The notes beneath the pieces are model-generated. The model did not search any database. It worked only from the letters and a program-made list of their open reading frames with translations, and was not told the DNA's origin. Source: the human T2T-CHM13v2.0 reference genome, Homo sapiens. Taken from it: a DNA stretch of 64,000 bases. Positions 1 through 12,800 of the stretch are shown here, one piece after another (positions within the stretch are counted from its first letter, which is position 1; every line of letters begins with the position of its first letter). The translations under genes were made by a program, and so were the position numbers. Location: assembly GCF_009914755.1 (NCBI RefSeq), contig NC_060945.1. One strand, written 5' to 3'.

Positions 1-139
1 AGCATCTATAATACAGTACGAGAAGTAATAAGACTGTAGAGGATGTTGCTGTGTGTCATCCCGATCTTGCCTTTAGGGCAGAGGCATTTATTTCTCCAGC
101 TTGCTGGCTTGTCATATGGGTTACTTTTTAGAGCCCAGT

Positions 140-780
140 GAGCTTGGATTTGACAAGACATGTCCTCAAAAAAAAAAAAAGAGATAGAACAAATTATTGC
201 ATCTCACGCTTCCGAGCACTAAGAAAGCAGATTTTGAGGCATCTTTGAGTTCTGGAGGAGCCGTATGACACACTTGAGAATACCGCTCTAAGTATTTTAT
301 AGACAGCAGTGGAAGGCTGACAGCTTTGAGTGGACCAGAGCAGGAAAAGGCTCTGCAGTTTGTGGTGAGCAAGGGGCCCTGGAAACCTGTCATATAATCT
401 GGCAGTTTCAATCTGGCAGTTTCAATTATTCTGGAAATAAGAAAGATGCCTTGTGAAGAGAGAAAAATATAGGCTTCTAGCATTCTATAAGAAGACAATA
501 TACAGTAGAAAACTAGGCACCATTTGAAAAGCATCTTTTGTTATGCCACTGGTATATGTAGAGACCAAAAGGCCACGTATACCAAGTGTCCGTGAAATCA
601 GAGCCACCCAGTATGAGGTGTGTATTATTACACTAATCGTGTCATGAGACTGAACAGACCCAGTAGCAATTCTTCATGGGATGAAAGTGGTACTCCCAAG
701 ATCAGGCAGAAGCGGGGCTGGAAGAGTCATAAGTAAGCTGCAGGGAGAGGTATTCCAAACTCCTATCTCACCAATGAGCT
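140..780 (+). mobile_element. Degenerate ERVL internal (pol RT/RNase H) fragment
   Basis: Frameshifted peptides FEW..EQEKALQ (~325-358), KWYSQDQAEAGLE (~685-723) and SKLQGEVFQTP resemble ERVL pol FEWGPEQEKALQ, KWYIRDRARAGPE and SKLHEEVAQMP. Confidence 0.75.
396..426. repeat. 14-bp perfect tandem duplication (aatctggcagtttc x2 + aat)
   Basis: Read directly from the sequence. Confidence 0.95.
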
Positions 781-1334
781 CACACGTGCAGACCTCAACA
801 ATTAAAAATAAAAACGATCCAGGGCAGAGCCTTTTCTCTTAAACATGTCTTAAGACTTACATGTGTAGGTATATCTGCATATCCTAAATGTTAATTATAC
901 CATTTTATATGTTTTTATGCTTAAGCTAACAACTATTTTGCTATTTAATATATAGATTTCCTCTACCCCTCATATAGTGTGCTGTGAATATTTCAAAAAA
1001 CAATGTTTATTTTCTTTTTCATAAAGTTTCTACTAAAATTTCTCTTAGAAATTATTTTGGAGACATCGTTGCACTTGGCCGAAGTTAACAGTCATTGAAA
1101 TGAAGATTCAGATATTTCTAGGAACCGCCTCCCAACACCTTCATTTTCCTGTCTCCACGTTAGTGACAGATTATGTCCAATGTAGGTGAAACACACATTA
1201 TACTAAGCAGAAACAAAATACGTTTTTAGAGTGAAAGAGAAACCTTAATCTTGTAAAATATACATTGAAAAAAAAAGAATAAGTTTGTACTGCTTAGGAC
1301 AAAAAAGCTGCATTAGTTATTTTTTTTCCATTTA

Positions 1335-1395
1335 GCGTTTTAATTGACAGATGACAGGTTGTATATTTTTATAGTGTTCACATGATGTTTTGCTA
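1335..1395 (-). mobile_element. Short L1MA/MB 3' end fragment
   Basis: ttttaattgaca..ttgtatatttttatagtg..catgatgttttg resembles an antisense L1MA 3' terminus. Confidence 0.5.
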
Positions 1396-1399
1396 TAAC

Positions 1400-2010
1400 C
1401 CTCAGTTATTTTAACAAGGAAAATTAGTATAAGTGCTCTTCATTAGGTAGTAAAGAACTGGAAAGGTAAAAATTTCAAAAGTATTCCAGAGATAGCAACT
1501 GTTGAAAGAAGCCATCGCCCTTAGGGCTGGGTTGGGGGAGGCAAAAAGAAGCACTTAAAATTATTAAAACTTAGAAATTTGAGGAAAGAGTCCCAGGGAA
1601 CTGGAAGTCAGACCTCTTTGAGAAAGGGACATCGTTAGGCTGGTGGTGCATGTGCCTCCAAGAGGAAACAATGAAGAGTGACTGTGAATGCTGGAAAGAC
1701 CCACAAACGTTGCACTGGAACAAACAGTGACTGTCAGGGTGAACAAATGTTCCTGGAGTGATGCTAATCGGAACAGGATGCAAAAATTGAAACAGAAAAC
1801 AAATAAGAATGAGCATCTCTAGTTGCTCCTCCTCCAGCCGTCCCTCTCCATTCTCTTTCTCTAGTGACCCCTACTGGCCGATTTCAACAGGGACCCCACC
1901 AAGGCTGAAATAAGATTCAGCAAGTAAATAAGGTTCAGCAAGTACATAAAACTCAGGTTCAGTATCCCAAAGCAGAGCATAGAAGAGAGGATTTGCAAAG
2001 GTAACTTTTA
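1400..2010 (-). mobile_element. Old ERVL-class LTR (LTR50/LTR52-like)
   Basis: Motifs cagagatagcaactg..cccttagggctgg, ctcctcctccagcc..ctctagtgacccctactggc and caaagcagagcatagaag match the recalled consensus. Confidence 0.6.
1861..1880 (-). promoter_or_regulatory. CTCF-like motif within the LTR
   Basis: Reverse complement cggCCAGTAGGGGTCACTag versus CTCF core CCAGCAGGGGGCGCT. Confidence 0.45.
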
Positions 2011-2876
2011 CATACATTCACAAATAAGTAGCAAACAAAGAAAAGAGCTCCTATATACAGATACCTTGAAGGGCGGAAGATGTAAACTAAAAGAAAAATT
2101 ATGATGCCTCTGGAAACAAAGCTGCTATCAATACTCCTTTTATGTCTTTTTTTCATTTAGTAATTTTTGTGGTCTCATATTTTACAGGTAAGTATTTGAT
2201 CCATTTTGAAATGACTGAAATGGCTAGTCACGTGCCCCAACATCATTTATATAATGATATATTCTCTCCCCACTATTTTAAATGTTGTCTTTACTACATA
2301 CTAAATATCTGCTTTTTATTCTGGCCAATCTATTTCCTTTTATTTTTAACTGGTTTATACCTGTACTATTGTAACTCATTTTAATTATCATAGCTTTGTA
2401 GTATAATATATTGCCTACTCATACCTTATTATTACTTTTATTTTTAAAAAATTTATCTTGCATGTTTATGTTTCTAAATAAATGTTAATGGTATTTTCTC
2501 AAACTCTAGAAGGAAATATGTTTACTGGTGGCTCATTTGTGATTATGCCAAATTCACAGAATAATTTACTCATTGTTATCTTTATCATCGTGAATCATCG
2601 ATCTCAGAGGTCTCTCTTTTGCCTTGCTCAAGTATTACTTTATAAGTTTAATATATTCAATAAGTATTTAAAATTCTTGGTTATTGTGATACTTTTCTTC
2701 CATTATATTATCTAGCCAATTACTTTTTGCAGAATGAAGAGCTTATCTTTTAATATTAAATCTTGTCCCTTTGATTTTGTGGGATTATGTTATTCATATT
2801 TTCAGTTGACCACCATTGGTTCTAGGAAAAAAAATACATAGACAAATAATAATAATTTGATTCTTCAAACTTCCAC

Positions 2877-2877
<1 letters not shown>

Positions 2878-2912
<35 letters not shown>

Positions 2913-3100
2913 AATTGTGGTAAAATACACATAACATAAAACTTACCAGCTTAACCAATTTTAAGTTTTAAGTAGTGCTAAGCACATTCACACTGCTGTT
3001 CAGCCAACCTCCAGAACCCTTTTCATCTTGCAAAACTAAAACTGCTCACTAAACAATAAATTTCCATGACCCCTACCCTCTAGTCTCTGTTAATACCTGG
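2878..3100 (-). mobile_element. L1MB 3' end with (TTTA)n tail
   Basis: aattgtggtaaaatacacataacataaaa...tttcatcttgcaaaact is the typical antisense L1MB 3' terminus, preceded by (TTTA)n. Confidence 0.8.
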
Positions 3101-3224
3101 CCTTTCAAACCTTCCTATGATAACTGCATTTTGTTTGTTTGATGTATTGAGTAGTACTTCAATAATGACATAAAATAATAGTTGTTACATTGATAATTCT
3201 TTTTCTTTTTTACCACCATCAATG

Positions 3225-3640
3225 GGAATGTGTCAAGTTATTAGCAAAATTAACTTGACAGAAAAGAAATTTGTTGAAAGAATATTGATTAGCTCACAAA
3301 ATTACTGAGAACTCTGGTGGTGAACATACTGAGAAAACAGGCAGGAATCAGAGAGGTCAGGCAAATTGGTGCCACAGAGTCAATTCAGGGAAGGACATTA
3401 TCACCACCACAGCCAAACCTGGATATTGTAGCTCATCTCATTCCAACTCTTGGCCCAGGCTCTGGTCCTTGGTCACTGCATTCCATCTCTGCATTCCATG
3501 CACTACATGGCCATGTTAGTCTCTGTGAACTGGGAATTGTTTCCCTGTCATTGTTGGCTAGGCAGGGCTTCTGCGTAATCCAACTCTATTTTAAATCTGG
3601 GTCAGATTTGTTTAATTGGCCATGCTTAACTGCAAAGAGT
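3225..3640 (-). mobile_element. Ancient MLT1-family (MaLR) LTR remnant
   Basis: aacttgacagaaaagaaatttgttgaaagaatattgattagctcaca resembles old MLT1 consensus; highly diverged. Confidence 0.35.
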
Positions 3641-3655
3641 AGTGTGTGTAAATTT

Positions 3656-3679
3656 GTGTGTGTGTGTGTGTGTGTGTGT
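3656..3679. repeat. (TG)n microsatellite
   Basis: Read directly from the sequence. Confidence 0.95.
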
Positions 3680-4210
3680 TCAGAAACGAGTACCTCTTTT
3701 GTTTTGCTTAGTTTTCTTATTTGATTTTGTTTTGTATTTGGCTTCCACAGTGAAAGTCAATCTTTGGCATCCAGGGAGATATATGAAATGGGGAGTTCCT
3801 TCTTGAATTTAGGAGGGGGTTCAGATGCTAAGAAGAAACAAAAACAATGTTTCAATTCATAGAAATTCTAGTCTTTTACTCTTAGGCTTGGATCAGTTCT
3901 AGGTAACCTCTCTAAATTTGGCCCAAATTTTCTTATACTTGATAATTACAACATAATGTAAGAAATTTGGGAGTTTTCCTAGACGCTAAATCGGAATGGG
4001 TTTTCTTTTTTTCCTCTATGCTTTAGGTTTTTAAAAATGAGTTTTAGAGAGAGAGAAAATTAAATATACTTTTGTTCCACTAATACTTATTGCAATCATC
4101 CTGATTATTGTTACAGAAATTAAAAGAGTAATTTTAAAAGTCTTTTGTGTGAGTAACAGTGTGAGTAAGTAAAAGTCTTTTGATAGAATAAAAAAGTGTT
4201 TAAGAACATT

Positions 4211-4342
4211 TGTATTAACCAGGGTTCTCCAGAGAAACAGGACCAATAGGGTGTGTGCCTGTGTGTTTCTCTCATATATGAAAGAGAGAGAGAGAGGAAG
4301 GCAGGCAGAGAGGGAGGGAGAGAGAGAGAGAGAGGGAGGGAA

Positions 4343-4376
<34 letters not shown>

Positions 4377-4696
4377 TGATTGAGATTTACAGATATTTGC
4401 TCACCTGACTATGGGAGCTGACAAGTTCAAAATCTATTGCTATCTTGAGTCCTTAGGTAATCTAAAGACAGAATTCCTGCCTCTCCAAGAGAACTCGGTG
4501 TTTTTTTTTCAAGACCTTCAACTATTGGTTGGATGAGACCCACACTTCTGAGGGTAATTTGCTTTACTCAAAGTCCAGTCATTTAAATATTAATCATATC
4601 TAAGAAAATGCCTTCACAACAGCATCCAAACTGGCATTTGGCTAAACAACTGGGCACCACAGTTTACTCAATGGGACACATAAACATAAGCACCAT
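4211..4696 (-). mobile_element. MLT2 (ERVL) solo LTR containing a (GA)n tract
   Basis: Starts tgtattaaccagggttctccagagaaacag and ends gacacataaacataagcaccat, the reverse complement of the MLT2 termini. Confidence 0.85.
4281..4375. repeat. (GA)n/GGGA polypurine tract
   Basis: About 95 nt, almost entirely purine. Confidence 0.95.
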
Positions 4697-5898
4697 GGAA
4701 TGTAATGACATGTCTTGCCATGAAAACTGATAAAATCCCCAATAAAAACATACTAGACAGTAAAAATGAGGCAATATCTTAGAGAGTTTTGTTGTCACAA
4801 GTGGTCAAGGGGATTGGAAAGGCACTGTAAAAAATGCAAAATATGTTATCATCTTCCATAATATACCAATTTGGATGAGAAAGTTAATATACATAATAGG
4901 GTTGAAAACTTCCCTTATTTTTTGACTTAAATGTCCATGTTGACTTACTTAGTCTGTAAGTCCCACGAGAGAATAAAAAAAATGCTTATTTTTTTAAACA
5001 CCAACAATCTCTGACAACAATGAACAGCATGGAGTAGAGACTGAAATACTGTGTTTATCCATTTAAGTAAGCATATAAACAACATGTGCTGTTAGATGAA
5101 GAAAATCACCTCGTATCAGGAATCAGAATGCAAAGTGACAAAATGTTTATACTCTAGAAAAGAGATTTTACGAGTACATCACATAACTGAGCAGTGGGAC
5201 GGTCAGAACACCATCTGTATGAGGAATGAAAAGAATTACAGAAAATGACAAGTGACTAAACACTATAAAGATAACAGATAACAGCACTGTTCTAAGACCT
5301 ACCTCCAAACCCTTGGAAAATAGAAACCTAGTTTCTATTGCGGTCCTAGTTTCTCAGGAATGAGCCATTGCAGAGATGATGGGAGTTCCTGGGAACAGGA
5401 TTGTACTTGTAATCATTGATGCTGACCTAGTATATGTACTATGGACTCCCCGCCCACTTTTACATACTTTTTTTTCTCATCCCTACCTCCTTAATTCTAA
5501 TCTTCATTTGACCATTCCTCCATCCTAAATATCACTAATAAAAACAATGAGAAAAAAACTGAAGTTATCACTTATTTCGCCTGCAGATATCATCCAAATT
5601 CTTTTTGAGTAACTATTTCCTGTATTCATATTTTGTCTACTCACTTTATTCCTCAAAATTTTTCAAACTAATATATCTACTGTTTTATCTCAGGTTCTTA
5701 GCCTCAACTATTCAGTAGCATTCAATCTATTAAACTGTCTTTAATTTATCCCTGCTTCTATAATCATCCCATTGGTGGAAACATTTATTTTCCATAATTC
5801 ACTTAGAAAGCTCAGCATAGATTTGTCCTCTCATTCGGCATTTTCTTTCATTTTCTTTGGTTAAATGTGCACCTCCAGTGGAGAACATATACAGGTAC

Positions 5899-6292
5899 TG
5901 CGATGGTATTTAACTATATGCACCAACTTGGCTAAGTTGTGGTGCCTAATTGTTTAGTGAAACACTAACCCAGATGTTGCTGTGAAAGCAGTTGGTGGAT
6001 ATGAACGACATTTATAATCAGTTAAATAAAGATTTCCCTCAATAATAAGGATGGACCTCATCTAATCAGTTGAAGACATAAAAGGCAAAAAGTGAGGTTT
6101 CCTGGAGGAGAAGGGATTCTGTCTTAAGACTGTAGCATATAAAATCCTGCCTGGGTTTCCAGCCTGCAGGCCTACCTTATGGATTTTGAACATGCCACCC
6201 CTCCCTCAATTGCATGAGCCCATTCCTTAAAATAAATATCTCTCTATACATAGCAAAAGTGACCATTTATCTGGAAAGCCCTGACTGACACA
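5899..6292 (+). mobile_element. MLT2 (MLT2D-like) solo LTR
   Basis: tgcgatggt..caacttggctaag..gatgttgctgtgaa..aataaatatctctct..ctggaaagccctgactgacaca; TG...CA ends. Confidence 0.85.
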
Positions 6293-6301
6293 ACTGCTAA
6301 T

Positions 6302-6625
6302 CTATAGCTGTTGTTTCCATCGCGTTATAACAAATAACTACCAAATCCCATATTTCTCATCTATATGCAGACCAGCTTGAATGTGGATGATCTGGTCAGG
6401 CTTTGGCTGGGCTGTTCTGCTTCAGGCTGTGGCAATGGACACCTCTGCTTTTCTCTGTAGGTCTAGGGGTCAGCTTGATCTCTCACACTTCATATACTGG
6501 ACTAGTAGCCAGGATGGCAGAGATTTAACACAACAAGCATAAGACACAAGGCCTCGTAAAATCTAGGCTGAAAACTGACACACTATTACAATGACTCACA
6601 TGCCGTTGGCCAAAACAACTGACGG
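6302..6625 (-). mobile_element. Old MLT1 (MaLR) LTR fragment
   Basis: cgcgttataacaaataactaccaaat..ggctgggctg..catgccgttggccaaaaca resemble MLT1 motifs. Confidence 0.5.
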
Positions 6626-7054
6626 TGCTGTCTCGAGAAAAATAAGCAAGTTCTGCCTACAATAAGCCTGTGTTTTGGATACTGAGGAGAGAGGAGTGAG
6701 GAGTGAGGACCAATTGCCCAGTCTATGGCAGAGAAATAAGATCACTGTCTTGAGGGGCCAGTAGGCCTGGATTTGATTGCCAGTTTTATGTAGTAACATT
6801 GATGAAAAAAATGGGGATGACATCTACCTAATTTGATTCTTGTGAAGATTCATGAGATAGCAAATGTAATTTATTTGCTACATGGTAGCTCAATTAAAAA
6901 CTCAATGCTTATGAATACGGAAATTTTAGAATACAATAATATACTGATAGCCAGATGCATATCATAATTTAATAAATAATAACTTCAAAGAAATCTGTTT
7001 AGCCAAATACTTAAAATGTATTACCTTAGTCACTTTTAATATTATACATATAAA

Positions 7055-7395
<341 letters not shown>

Positions 7396-7644
7396 TCAGT
7401 ACCACAATATTACACAATTTTATAAGCCCATTTTTTAAAAATCCAAGTCAATAAACTTTTGGCTTTAAGTAGTGTGAGTTGGCAAAATCTACATTCACAA
7501 CACTATCACTTTGAGATTTGTGTCACTCATTCTGAAGACCCGTAGAAATATAAATTAACCACCCAGGACAAGAGGTTGACTGTTAATTTTTCTAATTTAA
7601 TGTTCAGGTTTGTTTCTGGCCAGGGGTACGATCAAATTAGGATG

Positions 7645-8050
7645 TGACAAAGACCCCTTCCTTCACCAAAGTTTTTTTGATCTCCTCTAAGCCCTCTTCT
7701 CCACTAGGCCTGTTTGGCCTCTAGAGTCCCATTTTAGTGAGAATCCTGCTAAGTCAGCTTAGAGAGAATTTCCCATCCTTGATATCTGATTACCCTGATT
7801 TGCCTTCAGCAAGAATCCTGTTATGTCAGTTTAACAAGAATTACTGCCACCTTTGATGCCTCCTCTTAGTAATTTTATATCCATCACTTTCCCCCAGCCT
7901 GAACATTGGCTATAAATCCTAACTTGTCTTTGCTGTATTTGGAATTGGGCTCAGTTCTATACTGAGGTCTCTTTTCCCATATTGCTATGGTACTTGAATA
8001 ATCTGTTTTAATTGCCTTAACTACTATCCAGCTCTAGCTTTCTTTAAATA
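7645..8050 (+). mobile_element. MER31-like ERV1 solo LTR
   Basis: tgacaaagac..ccctcttctccactaggcc..aagaatcctgctaagtcag..ggctataaatcc (TATA-like box) match the recalled MER31 consensus. Confidence 0.75.
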
Positions 8051-8994
8051 GATAGGTACTCAATGCAGCAAATCCTGTCATCAGAGAAAAAGAAAAAACT
8101 GGGGATGCAAATCCAGCAGGCCTTGTATTTGTAGCCCCAGAAAGGACTCAAGAAGCATAAACCAGGATTAATAATGCAATGTTATGAGATTCTGTAAACA
8201 TAAAGCTACCCCAAGTTTGCAGCTGCCCTTAGTGGTTTAATCTCTGACTATTTCCAAGATGGGATTGTCATTAAATTACAACCGTTGAGACAACATGAGT
8301 TCTTTTGTACTTCTTTGGGGGTGGTCAAGAGAGAGGAAACTGAAGACATAGTTTGTCACTCCATAGCCAGTCATTATGGGAGAAAAGCAGAGAGACAGGA
8401 ATAGGTTTAAGCAGATAAAAGGAGAACGAAGAGTAGGCTATCCCCCTGGTGCCCTTGGAAAGGAAAATCTATTCAGTAAGGGACCTGACATGGATCTTAC
8501 AACAAGCTAAGGGATATAAGCAAATATCTTTCCTGAAAAGATGATACTATTGCATATGTATTGCTATCCACACTTCCGCAAGTTTTAGCCAGTGAACCAA
8601 TACAATTGTAGCCAGTGAACCAATTAAATGCATACAAATTTTCTCTGCTCCTTCTAGCCTTATAGGGTAGGAATTCTTTCCACCAGTGAATAGATGAAAT
8701 TATGTAGCCTCCATAAAATTCAGTAGTTTGCTGCATCCATCATGCTAGAAAAGTTGCTAAGCAACACTGAGTAATTTCAGGGCTTCTCTCATGACTCCTT
8801 GCAGCCTCCTCCCCCAGGAAAAATATATAAAGCTAAAATATATCCTAATTAGGCTGCAGCAGTTGTTTTTCTCCTGGGCTATCTCCCCATGCTCCTGAAC
8901 AAGGGCAGGAGGAGACAATTCAGGTGGGCTCATAACCTCTATCCAGCATCAGCCAGAGGGGTGCCACTGAGACATGGAGTTTCTAAATAAGAGA

Positions 8995-9326
8995 AAAAAT
9001 GTTTTAAAATAAGGAGCCTAACTCAGCAATAAAAAGAGCTGAACTATTGATTCACCTAACATCTTAGACGGATCTCAAGCAACTACACTGACTGAAAAGT
9101 TAGCTTTAAAAAGTTACATAGGGTGTAATTCCATTTCTGTAACAGTGTTGAAATAACAAAATGATAGAAATGGAAGACAGATTAGTGGTTGTTAGAAGTT
9201 AGAAGGTTGGGGTGGTAGGGATGTGAATGTGACTACATAAAAGTCAGTACAGGTTAAAAGGGTCCCATATCTTTATTGTGGGAGTAATCACACGGATCTA
9301 CAAATGTGATTAAAGCACATAAGGCT

Positions 9327-9365
<39 letters not shown>

Positions 9366-9550
9366 TGAATGCATGCAAACCCAGTGATATCTGAATAAGA
9401 TCTATGACTGTCAGTTTCTTGATTGTAATATTGTACTCAACATAGGATATGACCATTGTTTGAAACAGAGTCACTGGTCTAGAGATCTCTCTGTATGATT
9501 TCTTACAACTGCATGTGAATCCACAATTACATAAAAGGTTAAAAAAAAAT
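8995..9550 (+). mobile_element. L1MC/L1MD 3' end with internal (CA)n (9329-9362)
   Basis: attccattt..agattagtggttg..tttcttacaactgcatgtgaatc, followed by an A tail. Confidence 0.75.
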
Positions 9551-9555
9551 ATCAC

Positions 9556-9925
<370 letters not shown>

Positions 9926-10773
9926 TTATAACTAAAGTGAATGAATATTTCGAAGACAAACTCATGTAGTTTGGCATACAGTACTAACAGAATTAGCATT
10001 CAAGATTCACCATTATCACAGAGTAGACAAAAATTGCCTGAACACATTAAGGTAGCTTCTATTTATTGAGGTCATGTTGGGCCAGGCAAATGTTCTTGGT
10101 ATGTGGGTGTCATCTCAACTGCTCATTTCCAAAATCTTGCAAAGGAGTTGCTATCATCAATCTCTATATATGCCAGGAAACTGATTTCTTAGGCAGTATT
10201 TTCCCCCAAAGTCCAAATACCAAGGAGTATATTAACCCTCATTCCACATATAGGCTTCTGTTATTCCGCCGGTTATTTCTATTTAACTACTTTGTACTTA
10301 GTTAAAAAATAACTAGTTCTGCAAAGAAGGATAAAAAGGAGCTGACAGAAATAGATTCACAAACATGCACGCATGCATGAATGCATGCACACACACACAC
10401 ACATACATTTCTTAATTGGAATTTTTTGCTTACCAGAAATTTGGGTGCTAGCTAAAGATACAAAAATGATACTAGATTTTACTAAAAGTAGCAAATGCAT
10501 ATGATAATGGGTATTTGTGTACAACATTCTGTGTTAATAAAGACATTGATATTCTCTATTCATTGAATCTCATTTGAAGATTAACTCTAGGCATTACATA
10601 TTTTAAGATGATATTTACAAGTAGGAGTATAAAAAGAAGAATATGCTCAGGATGATCTTCTTGAAGGTAGTCTCTTTCCATTTCTGAAATCCCAGGCTCT
10701 CTAGCACAGGGCCAGAGACACACATGAGGTTTCACAAAGATTTGTTGTAGAAGAAACAATGCTTAGTGTCGAC

Positions 10774-11383
10774 CAGGATTCAGTAAACTTTTTGTGTTAG
10801 TTTGTTCTCCTGCTACTAATAAGGACATACCTGAGACTGGGTAATTTATAGAGGAAAAAGGTTTAATTGACTCACAGTTCCACATGGTTGAAAAGGCCTC
10901 ACAATCATGGCGGAAGGCGAAGGAGGAGCAAAGTCACATCTTACGTGGATGGAGGCAGGCAAAAAGAGAGCTTGTGCAGAGAAACTCCTGTTTTTAAACC
11001 TATCCATTTTCCTGTGACCCATTCACCATCACGAGAACAGTGCAGGAAAGACCTGCCCCCATGATTCAACTACCTTCCACCGGATCCTTCCCACGACACA
11101 TAGGAACTACGGGAGCTACAATTCAAGATGAGACTTGGGTGGGGACACAGCCAAACCATACCCCCCCTTTTTTTTTTTAATGTAAAGGGACAGAGAGCAA
11201 ATACTTTAGGTTTTGTGGGTCATAGTTGTTTGTGTTGCAACTACTCAACTCTTCCACATAACAGGAAACCAGTCAGAGGCAATGTGTAAACCAAAGGGCA
11301 TGTGGTGTTTCTATACAATGTTATTTATAAAATGAGGCAGCTAGTCATACATGGCCCCCAGGCAGTACCATGCCCATCCCTTG
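10774..11383 (+). mobile_element. MER58A (hAT-Charlie) split by a THE1 LTR
   Basis: caggattcagtaaactttt (10774-10792) resumes as tgtaaagggacagagag..gcaactactcaactct..cccatccctt (11181-11383). Confidence 0.75.
10793..11160 (-). mobile_element. THE1 (B/C) solo LTR
   Basis: gagactgggtaatttata..gactcacagttccacatgg..gggtggggacacagccaaaccata. Confidence 0.92.
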
Positions 11384-11694
11384 TATAAAACAAAAATAAC
11401 TAATTAAAGATATGATTTCTTTATTCCTTACTGGCAGCTTTCTGAAAGGTAATGTGGCCGTTTGTTGAGAAGTCAGAGGACAACATAACTAAATTAGAAA
11501 AATTTACAGAAGAGCAGGTATTTTTATCCTTTAGACAAGAAACATTATCTTACAGACATGAATGATATTTTCAGCAATTAGATCATCACTAGTGGTTCTA
11601 GTTGCCTCAAGACAGAGCTTTACTTATTGTTTGGTATATTCAAGTAATGGTAGATAGGATGTCAATCTACAGGTGTAATATTGTGCATATGGTT

Positions 11695-11805
11695 AAATAT
11701 GAATCCAGATTCGGATATGTGGGTCCTGCTTTGAGCCTGAGAGTCTAACAAGCTCCCAGGTGATTCCCATACTGCTAGTCTGGGGCCAAGCTTTGAATAG
11801 CAAGA
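11695..11805 (+). mobile_element. MER5B-like fragment
   Basis: ctaacaagctcccaggtgat..ctttgaatagcaag. Confidence 0.55.
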
Positions 11806-12234
11806 ATTTAGCCCTGTGAAATAAATTCTTACTTTCTGAGATTTTAAAATAAATTTCTAAACTTAAGAATCTATTTGCAAATTATAGCTATAAAGTGCTT
11901 GGCATTAGGGTCCTCCCCAAATCTTGTCTTTTTTTCTTTCATTTTAGGAAAGTATTTATATGATCGTTTACCTCTAAATTTTATCTGATTTAAAATAAGC
12001 TTGATTTCTCTAGTGCCAAAATACATCCTTATTCAGTATTTTACTATAGTGAAATAAAGTGCATTTAGATGGAGTAAATATTTTATGTATTAATATTTTA
12101 GAAGAAACACAAGATATCTTCACTTGTATCACATATATTTTATAATTACTTTCGTAATAACACAGACAACAAAAAAAAAGTGTTGAGAGCTGAGTATAAG
12201 CCGGTGACTCTCCCACATAATCTTACATTTATCT

Positions 12235-12350
12235 CACTCTTGCATTTTGCAGATCTAGGAATAGTGGCACAGAAAAGTTTACAAGTTCCTTAAGTAGGAG
12301 AGCCAAGATTTGTTTCAGAGCCTAACACTGCTGTAAACACTTTTCACACT
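12235..12350 (-). mobile_element. MIR fragment
   Basis: cattttgcagat..ggcacagaaaagtt resembles the MIR core. Confidence 0.4.
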
Positions 12351-12639
12351 AAATCATATGGCTAATATTAACAATAAATAATACAGCAACAGCAGATGAA
12401 TGAGGATCCTGTATGTAGCCTAAAAATCTGTGAGTTTAAATATAAAAACCTGGCTCATCTCCATTATGTTAACTGAATAAAAATATAAGACAACTGTGCT
12501 TTCTGACTGCAAGGGGAAATCTCAAAGAAATTTTGTGCAAAGCCTCTGGTTATGAGGAAAAGAGAGAGGGGAAAAGGAAAAAGAGAGGAAGGCTGGAAAG
12601 AGCAAAAGTCCTCAGCTCTAGGTTGGAGAAAAACAAATG

Positions 12640-12800
12640 GTGACCAGAGTCAGTCCACGCGGCTCTGCAGATCCTGCGTCTTGCTTGGAGAAGCCATTAG
12701 AACGCAGCCCCCGGCAGGGAACCACGCCCAGCCTCCAGGCCACTGTAAAACAGCAGCGCCTTTTTCCACGAGAAGAATAGGCCAGTGTCTGTGCCACAAG
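12640..12800. promoter_or_regulatory. Short GC/CpG-rich non-repeat segment, candidate promoter or enhancer
   Basis: 8 CpGs within 12658-12770 and a KLF/SP box CCACGCCC at 12722-12729, in an otherwise CpG-depleted window. Confidence 0.35.

Noticed and set aside
35-110. Possible start of an LTR16/MER54-like LTR
   Set aside because: Too short and diverged to call from memory.
166-534. 122-aa minus-strand ORF
   Set aside because: Antisense to a decayed ERVL pol fragment, runs into a homopolymer, and resembles no protein I know.
3317-3724. 135-aa plus-strand ORF
   Set aside because: GTG start, overlaps an LTR remnant and (TG)n, no recognisable domain.
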